DNA of 64,000 nt from Thainema sp. (lineage in GTDB: Bacteria > Cyanobacteriota > Cyanobacteriia > Phormidesmidales > Phormidesmidaceae): assembly GCA_052168235.1 (NCBI GenBank), contig JBQLZK010000005.1:96001-160000 (forward strand), in the 5' to 3' direction. Shown piece by piece: positions 19,369 to 30,289 of the stretch (its first letter is position 1; each line of letters begins with the position of its first letter). Below the pieces are notes generated by a model. The model was not told where the DNA came from. It saw nothing but the letters and a program-made list of their open reading frames with translations, and ran no database searches. The position numbers were made by a program, and so were the translations under genes.

Positions 19369-20346
19369 ATGCCAAATATAAATGCCATTCGGTTTGAGCA
19401 GGTGACGCTACAGTTTCCGTCAGCATCTCAGCCTGCGGTCAAGAACTGCACAATTGATGTGGCAAAGGGGCAACTCGTTGTTGTTTTGGGGCCGTCGGGC
19501 TGCGGTAAAACTACGCTGCTCAAAATGGTTAATCGCCTCTACGAGCCAACTGAAGGTCGCATTTACATTAATGATCAGGATATTCACCAGCAATCAGCAA
19601 CCGCACTACGACGACAAATTGGCTATGTGATCCAGCAATCTGGGCTTTTTCCGCACATGACGGTAGCCCAAAATGTTGCTGTTGTCCCCAAATTGCTCGG
19701 TTGGTCAGGTGTCAAAACTCAGGCACGGGTAGATGAACTGCTGATGCTGGTAGGGTTAGCGCCTAAAATCTATCGCGATCGCTATCCGGCCCAACTTTCG
19801 GGCGGACAACAGCAGCGGGTCGGAATTGCGCGAGCATTGGCTGGTGACCCGGATTTGCTGCTGATGGATGAACCGTTTGGTGCCATTGATGCGATTACCC
19901 GCACCAAGCTACAGGATGAACTGCTCGCGCTTCAGCGTCGGCTGCACAAGACAATTCTGTTTGTGTCGCACGATGTGGAAGAAGCGCTACGCCTCGCAGA
20001 CAACATCTTGATTCTGCGGGCGGGAGAAGTGGTGCAGTACGATACGCCTTTCAAAATTCTGACTCAACCTGCCGATGATTTTGTGCGGCAGCTTGTAGAT
20101 GCGGATGATATGGTGCGGCAGCTTAGCCTGCTACGCGTCGAAACAGCAATGATCAGTAACACTAACTATTCAGCATCTTCAAACCAACCTGCGATCGCAC
20201 AAAATCAAAATTTGCGGGCGGCTCTCTCGTTGATCCTGCGGACGGGCGTTCACCAGTTAACGGTCGTTGATCCGGAGCAGGGATATCCAGTCGGTGTTCT
20301 CACACTTGAACATATCCAAGATTCGGCAGTTAATCACCATAGTTGA
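19369..20346 (+). CDS. Osmoprotectant (OpuC/ProV-like) ABC transporter ATP-binding protein
   Basis: [48 protein letters not shown]-like tail. Confidence 0.9.
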   Translation: MPNINAIRFEQVTLQFPSASQPAVKNCTIDVAKGQLVVVLGPSGCGKTTLLKMVNRLYEPTEGRIYINDQDIHQQSATALRRQIGYVIQQSGLFPHMTVAQNVAVVPKLLGWSGVKTQARVDELLMLVGLAPKIYRDRYPAQLSGGQQQRVGIARALAGDPDLLLMDEPFGAIDAITRTKLQDELLALQRRLHKTILFVSHDVEEALRLADNILILRAGEVVQYDTPFKILTQPADDFVRQLVDADDMVRQLSLLRVETAMISNTNYSASSNQPAIAQNQNLRAALSLILRTGVHQLTVVDPEQGYPVGVLTLEHIQDSAVNHHS

Positions 20347-20996
20347 ACGCCCTTTCCATCAGCCTTGCAATGCTTTATCTTCTACAAAATTTTGGCACCA
20401 TTCTGACCCTGACCTGGCAGCATCTCCAAATGACGCTGGTGACGCTGGCAGTTGCGATCGCAGTTGCCGTACCGCTATCGCTGGTGATTGTGCGCTATCG
20501 CTGGCTGGCTGTGCCCGTCCTGGGCCTTTTGGGAACGCTGTATACGATTCCGAGCTTAGCGCTGATTATTTTACTCGTGCCGCTTTTTGGCCTCAATCGG
20601 CTATCAGTGATTATTGCAATGGTGATCTATAGTCAGGTGATTCTCGTCCGCAATTTGACGGTGGGGTTAAACGGTATTTCCACCGCTGTTATGGAAGCGG
20701 CTCGCGGCATGGGAATGAATGGTTGGCAGCGCTGGTGGCAGGTTCAGGTGCCTTTAGTCCTACCTGTTTTTCTGGCCGGAATCCGAATTGCCGCTGTTGT
20801 CAGCGTTGCGATCGCAACAATTGGGGCTAAATTTGGGGCCGGTGGCCTCGGCGTGCTGCTGTTTGAAGGCATCGCCCAAGCAGGTCGCTATGACAAAATC
20901 TGGGCCGGTGCGATCGCAGTTTCCATCCTGGCGTTTGCCCTTAATACCAGCCTGCTAGCCCTAGAACATCGCGTGAATCCAGCCCGAAATACGTAG
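20343..20996 (+). CDS. Osmoprotectant ABC transporter permease
   Basis: YTIPSLAL, EAARGMGM (EAA loop), GAGGLG; start 20343 (TTG) or 20370. Confidence 0.9.
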   Translation: MNALSISLAMLYLLQNFGTILTLTWQHLQMTLVTLAVAIAVAVPLSLVIVRYRWLAVPVLGLLGTLYTIPSLALIILLVPLFGLNRLSVIIAMVIYSQVILVRNLTVGLNGISTAVMEAARGMGMNGWQRWWQVQVPLVLPVFLAGIRIAAVVSVAIATIGAKFGAGGLGVLLFEGIAQAGRYDKIWAGAIAVSILAFALNTSLLALEHRVNPARNT

Positions 20997-21063
20997 ACAC
21001 GTCTGCATGGCCGCGATTTTATGGAGTTCAATCATCTATGACATTAACCTGCAAATTCGGAAA

Positions 21064-22119
21064 TCAAAGCCGCGCTGCATAGAGCGACGCTCCAATCAGA
21101 CCAACCTGGGGATTCAGTACCACATATACAGAAACCCGCTTGAGTAAATCCGTCATCCGTCCTTTGTGCAAAAACGAAGACAGGAAGGGGCCTTCTTGAA
21201 TGAGCGGCAAATTCTTAGCTGCGATTCCTCCCGCAACGTACAGGCCACCATAGGGCAGCAGCTTCAGCGCTAAATTTCCGGCCTCTGCACCATAGGCGGC
21301 CACAAACAGTTCCATCGTTCGGCGGCAGAGCGGATCGCGATTCTCAACCGCAGCTTTAGAGATCACAGCTCCCGGATCAACACTTTTTTCTGCCAGTCCG
21401 GCTTCCCGTTCCCAGAGGCGAATGGCTTTTGCAATGTCAGTCGATTCGCTCATGTGCTGGCGATCGCGCAAAAACTGATAAATGGCGACAATCCCCTGAC
21501 CAGAGACCACTCGCTCAACGGAAACACGAGTAATTTGATGACGATCCAACAGATAGTCGAGCAACTCAAACTCAACCTGGGAGCGTGGCGCAAAATCAGC
21601 ATGCCCCCCTTCCGAGGGATAGACAAAATAGCGGGACTGCTGCTGAATCAAGAATCCTTGTCCTAAGCCCGTGCCCGCCCCAATAATGGCAATTGGTGCA
21701 TCGGTTTTAATCACTCCAGTCTGCAAAGTGTACAGATCCTGGCTCGTTAAGCCCAATACGCCGTAGCCAACCGCCTCAAAATCGTTGATCAACTGCACCT
21801 GATTCAAGTTCAATTCCTTAGTCAGTCGGTCTGCCGATAGTGACCAGGATAGATTGGTCAAGGCTGACGTATTGTTCACCACTGGGCCTGCGATCGCAAA
21901 ACAGGCCGCCTGCGGCTGTGGAGTTTGGCCCAACTGATTTGCCGCGCTTTGCAGAAAAATCTGCACCATTGGCACAAGATCAGGAAATTCTCGGCTAACA
22001 TACTGCTGCTCATAAAGCGCCTGCTGTTCGAATCCAGCTTTATTCTGCGCTGGCATCGACTCCACGAGTCGAAGAATGGTCTTTGTGCCACCAATATCAC
22101 CTGCAATCTGTTGGGCCAT
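21064..22119 (-). CDS. glk: Glucokinase
   Basis: AGDIGGTKT, FAIAGPV, LINDFEA, GAGTGLG, SEGGH, GGLYVAGGI. Confidence 0.95.
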   Translation of the reverse strand: MAQQIAGDIGGTKTILRLVESMPAQNKAGFEQQALYEQQYVSREFPDLVPMVQIFLQSAANQLGQTPQPQAACFAIAGPVVNNTSALTNLSWSLSADRLTKELNLNQVQLINDFEAVGYGVLGLTSQDLYTLQTGVIKTDAPIAIIGAGTGLGQGFLIQQQSRYFVYPSEGGHADFAPRSQVEFELLDYLLDRHQITRVSVERVVSGQGIVAIYQFLRDRQHMSESTDIAKAIRLWEREAGLAEKSVDPGAVISKAAVENRDPLCRRTMELFVAAYGAEAGNLALKLLPYGGLYVAGGIAAKNLPLIQEGPFLSSFLHKGRMTDLLKRVSVYVVLNPQVGLIGASLYAARL

Positions 22120-22337
22120 GAATCTTCATTAATCAAGTTCTGCTTGTTATCAGGATACCTTTGCGCTCCGTAATCTACGCCGAATCTCTTCCCGATGAAG
22201 GAGTAGCGTAATTTGGTCTGATCAGCAAAACCCATAATTTAGTCTGTTTACGTGAGGCGCTTGACCTGCGGTGAAAGACTAAATTATGGGTTTTTCAGGT
22301 TGACGCACTGGGATCCGGCTGCAGCTTTAGCTCCGGT

Positions 22338-22640
22338 CTATGAGTCAGAAGACTCGCGGCGCTGGTTATCTGGAGCATCATACAGCGCATCAAGCTGGTT
22401 ACGGGCATCTTCCAACGTCATAGACTTCATCACCAGCAGAGGTTCACGAATCACCGAGCCAGCATCATCTAGCATTTCTGGATGGGTCACGGTTGGCGAT
22501 GCCTTACGTCGTTTGGGAGCAGCCCAATCCGATGCCGGTCGATTGACATCAGAACTAAACATCAGCAGATTGCGAATCAAATTACCAACGGCCAGAAACG
22601 CAAGTACTGTAAAAGCCAAAATATAGAGGAGCTGTAACAT
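22338..22640 (-). CDS. DUF2973 family protein
   Basis: MLQLLYILAFTVLAFLAVGNLIRNL, HPEMLD, EPLLVMKS, DARNQLDALY. Confidence 0.8.
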   Translation of the reverse strand: MLQLLYILAFTVLAFLAVGNLIRNLLMFSSDVNRPASDWAAPKRRKASPTVTHPEMLDDAGSVIREPLLVMKSMTLEDARNQLDALYDAPDNQRRESSDS

Positions 22641-22903
22641 GGTTCTTTACTTGAGGAATGTGATGGATTTGGAGCAAGGAGCAGATCAAAATCGAGAGTT
22701 ACACCCAGGAGTAGGCAAGACTTAATCCAATATCACGTTAGTCCCCGACCTCAGTTCGTCTGACTGGTCGGTTCGTCTGACTTGGAATTATTGTCTCACT
22801 GTGTATTACTGTGCGTTTAAATTGCATTTAAATTCTGCATTCAAGTTTTGTCTTATATTAATGTTTCCATTTTCTCAGATTTCTCCCTGAGATCCTAGAC
22901 ATC

Positions 22904-23230
22904 CTAATCCTCAATTCGCCGATTGGCTCGATGGCGCATGGCCACCTGCCAGCATTCTGTCACCAGATGATGCCATGAAAGCAGAACGGACGTATCAACT
23001 CCTGCCTGATTATCCATTAGTTTAACCATAGTCTGCGTCGCACGAACCAGCTCTGCCGCTGACTGCACGCGATGGAGCAAATCTGTTTGTTCTGCATCAG
23101 ACAAAAACTCGATTCGCTCGCTTTCCAGTAGCGATCGCGATCGGCCAAACCAATACGTAAAGTCGTCGAGCAGCGGTTCAAGCACGTTTTTTAGCAGTTC
23201 TGAGGATTCAGACGAATTGGAATTGAACAT
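22904..23230 (-). CDS. DUF2605 family protein
   Basis: LLKNVLEPLLDDFTYWFGRS...WHHLVTECWQV; adjacent to the DUF2973 gene. Confidence 0.8.
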   Translation of the reverse strand: MFNSNSSESSELLKNVLEPLLDDFTYWFGRSRSLLESERIEFLSDAEQTDLLHRVQSAAELVRATQTMVKLMDNQAGVDTSVLLSWHHLVTECWQVAMRHRANRRIED

Positions 23231-23534
23231 AATTAACTTTGGATGATTATCTCTGACAAACAGGAGCAAAACTGAGCAATATCTTATCTATTGTTTATAT
23301 TTCTTAACGTTAGTCTAGTTGTTTTTTATCAAACTTGCGACCGGCGTTGCATCGCCCGGCAGACTGAACAGAGGAAACTCGCTCGAGTCACTTTCCCCCG
23401 ATGCTCTTACCGCTATCGCTATCGCCTTTTTGCTGAAAGAGTTGTTGAGATAGTTACAGTTACACCATCAACCGTTCAATTAATTGAACGGTTGATGGAT
23501 TTCCCAATGTCCTAATCCATGCGAGTTGGGTGCT

Positions 23535-23783
23535 TCAACTGAGTGGCGACTGTTCTTGTTCAGAAAGTGATTGCCAACCCGCCTGCCACAGTCGTCGATT
23601 CTTTAAAAGGCTGGCATTAATCCAAAAGCGCACCTCTGGATCACAGGCCGCCACTAGTTCCGCAAAAACCCATTTCCCCTGATTTTTACGGTTCATCACC
23701 TGAAAATGACGCCAGCCCAGCATGGTTTGGCAGGCTGTCCACTTTGAACCAACAAGATGGGGAAATTTCTTCTGCTTCGGCAT
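23535..23783 (-). CDS. TIGR02450 family Trp-rich protein
   Basis: LVGSKWTA, GWRHFQV, RFWIN, LKNRRLWQAGW. Confidence 0.8.
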   Translation of the reverse strand: MPKQKKFPHLVGSKWTACQTMLGWRHFQVMNRKNQGKWVFAELVAACDPEVRFWINASLLKNRRLWQAGWQSLSEQEQSPLS

Positions 23784-23921
23784 AACAAAAATAGATGGCT
23801 GGGCATACTACGGATGGAGTCTTCCCTTGGATAGATATTCCACCATTTCAAATTGCGATCGCACCACTGCACTGTCGCAACATCGTGTTCCCTGAGTCAA
23901 CTTTGGATCAGATTGAAAGGT

Positions 23922-25820
23922 ATGCCCGCATTTCGAGTGCCAACGTCTCGCCAGTTTTTAGAACAAGCTGCAACGCTCACGGCTTCCATAACAACGTTGC
24001 CCAGACTATTAACAGGAGCTGTGGTTGCGATTTGTATACTGCCTTTTATCCTAAACCAGCTTGGAGTTGATTTCGGCTCAACTTCGCCGAGCGTATCAAA
24101 CGGATCCATTGAGGCATGGCTAGAGCAATCACCAGATCAGGTGATTGAGCAATTGCACAACACGCTATCGGGCAGCTTTATTCATACGATTTTAGAGTGG
24201 AGCGCATTTTGTGCGGCTCTATTCACAGCGACACTCGCCTTTTCTCACTTCAGCATTAAGCGAGACGCAACCACCCCAGTGATTGGGGTGGCGCTGCTAT
24301 GTGCTGGGTTAATGGATGCTTTTCATACGCTAGCAGCGGATCATTTAATTACCGCCGTACCTGACCCCCAGAATCTAATTCCATTCACCTGGGCCATCTG
24401 TCGCATGGCTAACGTCTTGTTGACAATTGCGGGGATTGGTATTTTCCTCATATTCAAACCTGCACGGTGGCAGCGCAGTCTGACGTTTGTATTAATCACC
24501 TGCCTGGGCTTCGGTGCGATCGCATATAGCGTTATCTATTTTTGCGCCACGAGTGAAACTCTACCAACGACGCAATTCCCCAATTCGTTGATTACTCGTC
24601 CTTGGGATGTTGCACCCTTAGTTCTGTTTGCGTTGAGTGGCCTGTTCATTTATCCCCGCTTTTATCGGCAATATCCCAGTCTGTTCTCCCATGCGCTGAT
24701 GATCAGTGCAATCCCCAATGTCGCCACACAGATCTACATGGCATTTGGATCATCCACACTGTTTGACAATGCCTTTAACATCGCCCACTTTTTAAAAATT
24801 TTGGCTTATCTGGTTCCCCTCATGGGCCTAGTGCTGGACTATTCACTGACCCACCAGCAATCCAAACTGATTACCGCTGGACTAGAGCAGGAAATCTATG
24901 AGCGTCAACAGGCCCAGCTTGCGTTGGAACACAGTGAGGCTGAAGCTCAGGAAAAATCACAGCAGCTTGAACAAGCGCTAATAGATTTGCGCCAGGCTCA
25001 AGCCCAACTGATCCACAGCGAAAAAATGTCGAGCTTGGGTCAGCTTGTGGCCGGAATTGCCCATGAAATCAACAATCCGATCAACTTCATCTACGGCAAT
25101 ATTATTCACGCCACCGATTACGCCGATGATCTGTTACGGCTCATGCAGGTGTATCAAGCTGAATATCCTCAGCCCAATGCAAACCTACAGCGACAAATTG
25201 ACAAGGTTGATGTGGAGTTCATTGCCGAAGATTTACCGCGACTGATGGCGTCTATGCGAGTTGGCTCCGATCGAATTCGGCAGATTGTGGTGTCACTCCG
25301 CAACTTTTCGCGGCTGGATGAGGCCGATTTGAAGGCTGTGAATATCCACGATGGGCTGGACAACACGCTGATGGTGCTGAAAAGCCGACTCAAAGCCAAG
25401 CGCGATCGCAGATCCATCCGCGTCATCACCCAATATGACGATCTGCCATCTGTGGAATGTTACCCAGGACAGCTCAATCAGGTGTTTATGAATCTGCTCA
25501 ATAACGCAATCGATGCGCTGCGCAGTTGCCCCCAGTTAGAAGATCCCTGCATCAAAATCCAAACGCGACTGCTACCCGATAATCAGGTGCAGATCTCGAT
25601 TCGCGACAACGGCCCAGGTATTCCCCAAAAGCTGCAAACACGCATCTTTGACCCATTTTTCACAACTAAACCTGTGGGACAGGGAACAGGACTTGGGTTG
25701 GCCGTTAGCTATCAAATTGTGGTTGACAAACACGGTGGATCGTTGATCTGCTGCTCTCAACCGAATGAAGGGGCTGAATTTATTGTGCAGATTCCGTTAG
25801 CGGTCGCTGGGGTAAGGTGA
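23922..25820 (+). CDS. Membrane sensor histidine kinase (MASE3-like multi-TM sensor, HisKA, HATPase)
   Basis: About 8 TM helices; EKMSSLGQLVAGIAHEINNP H-box, QVFMNLLNNA, DNGPGI, FFTTKPVGQGTGLGL; start uncertain. Confidence 0.92.
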   Translation: MPAFRVPTSRQFLEQAATLTASITTLPRLLTGAVVAICILPFILNQLGVDFGSTSPSVSNGSIEAWLEQSPDQVIEQLHNTLSGSFIHTILEWSAFCAALFTATLAFSHFSIKRDATTPVIGVALLCAGLMDAFHTLAADHLITAVPDPQNLIPFTWAICRMANVLLTIAGIGIFLIFKPARWQRSLTFVLITCLGFGAIAYSVIYFCATSETLPTTQFPNSLITRPWDVAPLVLFALSGLFIYPRFYRQYPSLFSHALMISAIPNVATQIYMAFGSSTLFDNAFNIAHFLKILAYLVPLMGLVLDYSLTHQQSKLITAGLEQEIYERQQAQLALEHSEAEAQEKSQQLEQALIDLRQAQAQLIHSEKMSSLGQLVAGIAHEINNPINFIYGNIIHATDYADDLLRLMQVYQAEYPQPNANLQRQIDKVDVEFIAEDLPRLMASMRVGSDRIRQIVVSLRNFSRLDEADLKAVNIHDGLDNTLMVLKSRLKAKRDRRSIRVITQYDDLPSVECYPGQLNQVFMNLLNNAIDALRSCPQLEDPCIKIQTRLLPDNQVQISIRDNGPGIPQKLQTRIFDPFFTTKPVGQGTGLGLAVSYQIVVDKHGGSLICCSQPNEGAEFIVQIPLAVAGVR

Positions 25821-26074
25821 GGCAAGAGGCGAGAGGCGTAAGAAACAAAGCAAACTTCATGACAATCCGAAATCCAACATCCAACATCTAAAATCCCCCA
25901 CCGTTGGATCAAACTGTTACGAGTTGCTTAAGAGAATCCTTTAATCCGCAAGCATTACAGAGCGCAGGCTGAGAATGGAGCTAGCGATCGCAACTTTCGG
26001 TCTTTGATTAACCTGACCGGAATGAATACGAGACTAAATGTGCGATCGCATTAGCACAGATTCAAGAGGACACG

Positions 26075-26422
26075 ATGAGCGACTTTCAAGATTTTCTACG
26101 GATTAAAACCGCTTACGTTGCTAAGGGTGAATTCAAGCCGGGTAAATTCAACGAAGCTAAGCAGCTTTATGCCGAGGCTGTTTCAACCTATGGTGCCGGA
26201 TTTCAAGGAGCTTATCTCCTACAGGAACCGGGCACCGATCGCGGCATTGCCATAATTCTGTGGGAAAGCGTATCAGATATGGCAGAAAATCAGGACGATG
26301 CCCACGAAGCTGTGTTGCAAAAGATGAATCCCCTATTTGCTGGCAAACCAGAAACGGCGTTTTACGACGTTGTCTGCGATATCCAACCCAATGAAACCCA
26401 TGCTGCCACTGAAGTTCGGTAG
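26075..26422 (+). CDS. Dimeric alpha/beta barrel (ABM-like) protein
   Basis: GEFKPGK, GFQGAYLL, IAIILWES pattern; GAGGA ribosome-binding site upstream. Confidence 0.7.
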   Translation: MSDFQDFLRIKTAYVAKGEFKPGKFNEAKQLYAEAVSTYGAGFQGAYLLQEPGTDRGIAIILWESVSDMAENQDDAHEAVLQKMNPLFAGKPETAFYDVVCDIQPNETHAATEVR

Positions 26423-26540
26423 CAGGAGTGATCAAAGTTGGACGATATGACAGCCGTTTGCAGTTCGCACTCCGGAATGGTCAGCACCTGGGATATCGAC
26501 GGGGAAATATCAAATGGTGTGAGTTGTTGTGAGGAACTAA

Positions 26541-26780
26541 TCATGCTTTGTGACACCTGTACTCGCCAACGTCGCTGCCCACCGTGGCAGCTTGCCCAGC
26601 GCGATCGCAAAATAGCAGCCATGCTTGAGCAACTGAAGCGCTGTGCATTGCGGATTCAAGTTGCATCCCATGTATCTCAACCTTCTCTTCATCCTCCTGC
26701 TCGATGAGTAGGCCAAAAGGGTCAAACTTGACTGCGAGGTTGACCAAGGGATAAACATTCAGCTCACTAAAAGCATCCAT
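26541..26780 (-). CDS. Possible small hypothetical protein
   Basis: 79-aa ATG ORF filling the gap; no recognisable motif. Confidence 0.3.
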   Translation of the reverse strand: MDAFSELNVYPLVNLAVKFDPFGLLIEQEDEEKVEIHGMQLESAMHSASVAQAWLLFCDRAGQAATVGSDVGEYRCHKA

Positions 26781-27051
26781 ATGGAGGATGCGAAACAGGG
26801 GATCGGTTTGGGTAGGCTAAGAGCAGTATCGTTAAGCCAAAGGGTCTGAACTCCATATCTGACTCGATTTGAATTTTCTCATCACTCAGGTTCATCTCGC
26901 CTGATTTTATCTGGTGACTTCATGTGGGTGGATGCTGAAATGTTTAATCTCGTGCTAATCTCATGTTAAGAAAGGTAACAATTTTACCAGCAGGACTTGA
27001 TTCCGTTGAGGATACTTGTCCGCAAGTTGTTGTGGTGAGGATCAAACACTC

Positions 27052-27591
27052 GTGACTTTAGCTGTACCATTCACCCAAGTTGCAGAAACTCCGCTGATTG
27101 TCAGCTTCTTCCAGCGGTCAGAAGGGAACTGGCGTTCAGAACGTCGCTATTACACCCTGCCCGATGGCGAAACCAAGGAAATGGTAAGCCACATTACGGT
27201 GGAGTTTTTAGAACAAGGATGTCCTGAACTGCGGCATCTAGCAGAACTTCATGAATTGCAAGACCTCAATGCCATGATCTGCGGCACCAAGGTCAGTTGG
27301 CAAAGTCATGAGTCAGCCACAGGACGCAAAAAGTCCAAAGGCTCAACCCTGTTTGGCGCTTTAGGCGATACGCTCTATCGCGATCGCGGTTTTGCTACCC
27401 TAAAGCCAATCACGGCTCAGTTCTATTTCAATAATCCTGAAACACTCTGTCTCCGCACCGAGTATGACGGCTCGATGTTTGAGGAAGAACTGAAGCTTGT
27501 GGGCAGTCAGTATCGCACCCGCCAAACTATCATTTCCCGCGCGGGTGAACAGCAAATGATTGGTCAATACCTAGAAAAGCGCGTAGTGTAA
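27052..27591 (+). CDS. CpcS/CpeS family phycobiliprotein lyase
   Basis: FFQRSEGNWRSERRYY, LYRDRGF, FEEEL, RTRQTII, QYLEKR; GTG start after GAGG. Confidence 0.85.
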   Translation: MTLAVPFTQVAETPLIVSFFQRSEGNWRSERRYYTLPDGETKEMVSHITVEFLEQGCPELRHLAELHELQDLNAMICGTKVSWQSHESATGRKKSKGSTLFGALGDTLYRDRGFATLKPITAQFYFNNPETLCLRTEYDGSMFEEELKLVGSQYRTRQTIISRAGEQQMIGQYLEKRVV

Positions 27592-27596
27592 ATCCA

Positions 27597-27649
27597 ACCC
27601 CAAAAGAGCCGTAGGCCGCCGTAACGGCGGCCTACGGCTCTTTTGGGGT
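27597..27649. repeat. 25-bp perfect palindrome with triloop
   Basis: ACCCCAAAAGAGCCGTAGGCCGCCG-taa-CGGCGGCCTACGGCTCTTTTGGGGT. Confidence 0.9.
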
Positions 27650-27684
27650 CTCGTACGAAATCTGCTCATAAAAAACCAGTTCTC

Positions 27685-27727
27685 ATTTTGTGCAAAAGTC
27701 AGGCTGTGCCTGACTTTTGCACAAAAT
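27685..27727. repeat. 20-bp perfect palindrome with triloop
   Basis: ATTTTGTGCAAAAGTCAGGC-tgt-GCCTGACTTTTGCACAAAAT. Confidence 0.9.
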
Positions 27728-27736
27728 AATTCGGCA

Positions 27737-28453
27737 TTACATAGAGCCAGTTGATGAGGCAAATTCAGTCAGCGGTTTCCACATCATTACGGTGTCAAAC
27801 AGCGACCGATAGCCCTCTACATTCGGATGAATTCCATCCTCACACAGCCGCGACTGCCACCAGTCATCTCCCTGACTCAGCCAGTGATCGAAGATATCCA
27901 GGTAGGGAACATGCAATTGGCGACAAATCTGCCGCGACGCTTCCTTATAGCGATACTGATCGCGATGGGAATAGTAAAGACAACCCGCGTAAGGCATCTT
28001 ACGCTCGTCCACAGGCGGCATTCCCACCACCCAAACTGGGCAAAACTGTTTTGCCTGCTCGAGTAAGCGGGACATTTCTTGCTCAAAAACATCCAGCTCG
28101 ATCATTGCCCGACCGTCAGGCCGACTCACGCGCGCCGAATCATTCAGCCCAACGCCCAGTAAAATCCCGTTCGGCAACCGATTGCGTAATTCGCCCCGAC
28201 AGCTAAATTCCGTCTCTAATCGCTGGGCAACCTGCTGCACACCATTACCTCGCACACCCAAGTTATAAACAATCACGCCTGGATCATTGGGGTTTTCAGC
28301 AAACATCCAGTAGCGGCGCAGCCGCTCTACCCAGCCACCGCCTTCCGGATCGCCATAGCCGTAGATCAAACTATCTCCTAAAGCAATCAGTTTGCGCGGA
28401 TGGGCAATCACGGTCGATTGAGATCGCAATGGCACAGGACTGATAAGCGTCAT
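27737..28453 (-). CDS. SGNH/GDSL hydrolase
   Basis: ALGDSL, NLGVRG, GVGLND, DGIHP blocks. Confidence 0.9.
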   Translation of the reverse strand: MTLISPVPLRSQSTVIAHPRKLIALGDSLIYGYGDPEGGGWVERLRRYWMFAENPNDPGVIVYNLGVRGNGVQQVAQRLETEFSCRGELRNRLPNGILLGVGLNDSARVSRPDGRAMIELDVFEQEMSRLLEQAKQFCPVWVVGMPPVDERKMPYAGCLYYSHRDQYRYKEASRQICRQLHVPYLDIFDHWLSQGDDWWQSRLCEDGIHPNVEGYRSLFDTVMMWKPLTEFASSTGSM

Positions 28454-28642
28454 AAGCGCGAATAATTGATTTCAACGCGACATCAGTTGGCTTGGCTCGA
28501 TTAATCAAACCTACCTAGCCAAGGAGATTAGCATTTCTATGGCTAACTTTGCAATTCTTGATAATCAACTCAATTGAATTTACATCCTAGCCAACCGATG
28601 AACACACTATCAACGGAACACCATCAACCACCAACTATCAAC

Positions 28643-29596
28643 TTATGACTCATGCCGCTCATAGGCCGCCACAATTTTCTGCACTAGCGGATGTCGCACT
28701 ACGTCAGCTTGGTTCAGGTGGCAAAACGCAATTCCCTCAACGTGCTCTAGAATTCGATGCGCTACGGCCAATCCAGACTGTTGATTCAGCGGCAAATCAG
28801 TTTGGGTAACATCCCCTGTCACCACCATCTTGGATTTGAAGCCCAGCCGCGTCAGCACCATCTTCATCTGGGCTGGAGTTGTATTCTGTGCCTCATCCAG
28901 GATGACAAAGGCGTTGTTGAGCGTGCGGCCTCGCATATAGGCCAGCGGCGCAACTTCAATCACGCCCCGCTCCATCAGACTAGGAATTTTGGCCGGATCA
29001 ATCAGCTCATGCAGTGCATCGTAGAGCGGTCGTAGGTAGGGATTAATTTTTTGCTGTAGGTCACCAGGTAAAAAGCCGAGCCGTTCACCCGCTTCAACGG
29101 CAGGCCGAGTCAAAATCAGCCGCTCAAATTCCCCTGCCATCAGCGCTTGCACGGCCACCATTGCCGCCAGAAACGTTTTTCCGGTTCCGGCGGGGCCAAT
29201 GCAAAACGTCATATCGTAGCGACGAATCGATTGCACATAGCGACGCTGACGAAAGGTTTTGGGCCGAATGGTATCGCCACGCCGCGTACGGGCAATGACA
29301 TCTCGCTGTAAATTCTGTAAATCATCTTGCCGCTGGGTATCGAGCGCTTGCTTCGCAGTCAAAATATCAGGACTGCTAACCGTTTGTCCCTGGCCCCAAA
29401 TTTCCTCCAGCGACTGCACCAGCCGACGGCATAAATCAACCTGATTTTCCGTACCGGATATCAAAAGCTCCTGTCCCCTCATGACGGCAGTTGCGCCAGT
29501 CTGATGAGACAAGAGCTTCAGGTTTTCTTCTTGATATCCAGCCAGTGCGATCGCAGATTCTAAACTAGGCAGTTCTAGCGTAGTAGTGATTGTCAT
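28643..29596 (-). CDS. phoH: PhoH family ATPase
   Basis: GPAGTGKT, RPAVEAGERLGFLPG, YMRGRTL, DEAQN, VVRHPLV; start 29596 or 29608. Confidence 0.95.
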   Translation of the reverse strand: MTITTTLELPSLESAIALAGYQEENLKLLSHQTGATAVMRGQELLISGTENQVDLCRRLVQSLEEIWGQGQTVSSPDILTAKQALDTQRQDDLQNLQRDVIARTRRGDTIRPKTFRQRRYVQSIRRYDMTFCIGPAGTGKTFLAAMVAVQALMAGEFERLILTRPAVEAGERLGFLPGDLQQKINPYLRPLYDALHELIDPAKIPSLMERGVIEVAPLAYMRGRTLNNAFVILDEAQNTTPAQMKMVLTRLGFKSKMVVTGDVTQTDLPLNQQSGLAVAHRILEHVEGIAFCHLNQADVVRHPLVQKIVAAYERHES

Positions 29597-29640
29597 GAAA
29601 GACGTCAAGCTTGTTCAAGAACATTTGAACTCATTCTAAT

Positions 29641-30066
29641 TCAGTTATCACGAGGTTTGGGTCGCGACCTGCGCCCTGAATCAGGCCGAGGTTTCGAGCG
29701 GTGGTTGGATGAACTACGGTGCGATCGCTCCCGTGAATCACCGTCATTGCCGCTGGAAGAACTACCATGTACATCTAAGTGAGCAGAATAGCCCGATAGC
29801 TGAGCTACGGCTCCCAAAATCGTTCTCACAGCCTGAATATTGCGCCCGCCTCGGCCAAACACCCGCCCCTTATCTTCACCATCGAATGCAACTCGAATTA
29901 AAACCCTGCCTCGGGTTGCTGAAGCCTCACAGTCAATCTTCAGCGAATCAGAAGATTCAACCAGAGGCTCCAGCAAAAAGCGAGTCAAGGCCGTGAAGTC
30001 AACGGGTGAAGAAGCCGCAACAACTGAATTTTCAGCCGATTCAGGCTTTGAGTTGTTCGAAGACAC
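29641..30066 (-). CDS. khpA: KH-domain RNA-binding protein
   Basis: [17 protein letters not shown]xxG motif; follows rpsP; start uncertain. Confidence 0.85.
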   Translation of the reverse strand: MSSNNSKPESAENSVVAASSPVDFTALTRFLLEPLVESSDSLKIDCEASATRGRVLIRVAFDGEDKGRVFGRGGRNIQAVRTILGAVAQLSGYSAHLDVHGSSSSGNDGDSRERSHRSSSNHRSKPRPDSGRRSRPKPRDN

Positions 30067-30289
30067 TAGCTTTCTCAAGAATGCTACGGACAGTATCAGT
30101 GGGCTGTGCACCCTGCTTTAAGCGGCGCACAATTGCGGGCACATCCAAACGTGTTTCGTCGGTTCTGGGATTGTAGAAACCCAGTTCTTCTAGAGGGCGA
30201 CCATCGCGGCGATCGCTGCTGTTCATAGCCACAATGCGGTAGCTAACTTCCCGCTTTTTGCCGTATCGCTTGAGCCGTAACTTAATCAT
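30041..30289 (-). CDS. rpsP: 30S ribosomal protein S16
   Basis: [35 protein letters not shown]. Confidence 0.98.
   Translation of the reverse strand: MIKLRLKRYGKKREVSYRIVAMNSSDRRDGRPLEELGFYNPRTDETRLDVPAIVRRLKQGAQPTDTVRSILEKASVFEQLKA

Noticed and set aside
25864..25896. AATCCGA/AATCCAA/CATCCAA/CATCTAA heptamer run
   Set aside because: Ordinary STRR-type repeat common in filamentous cyanobacteria
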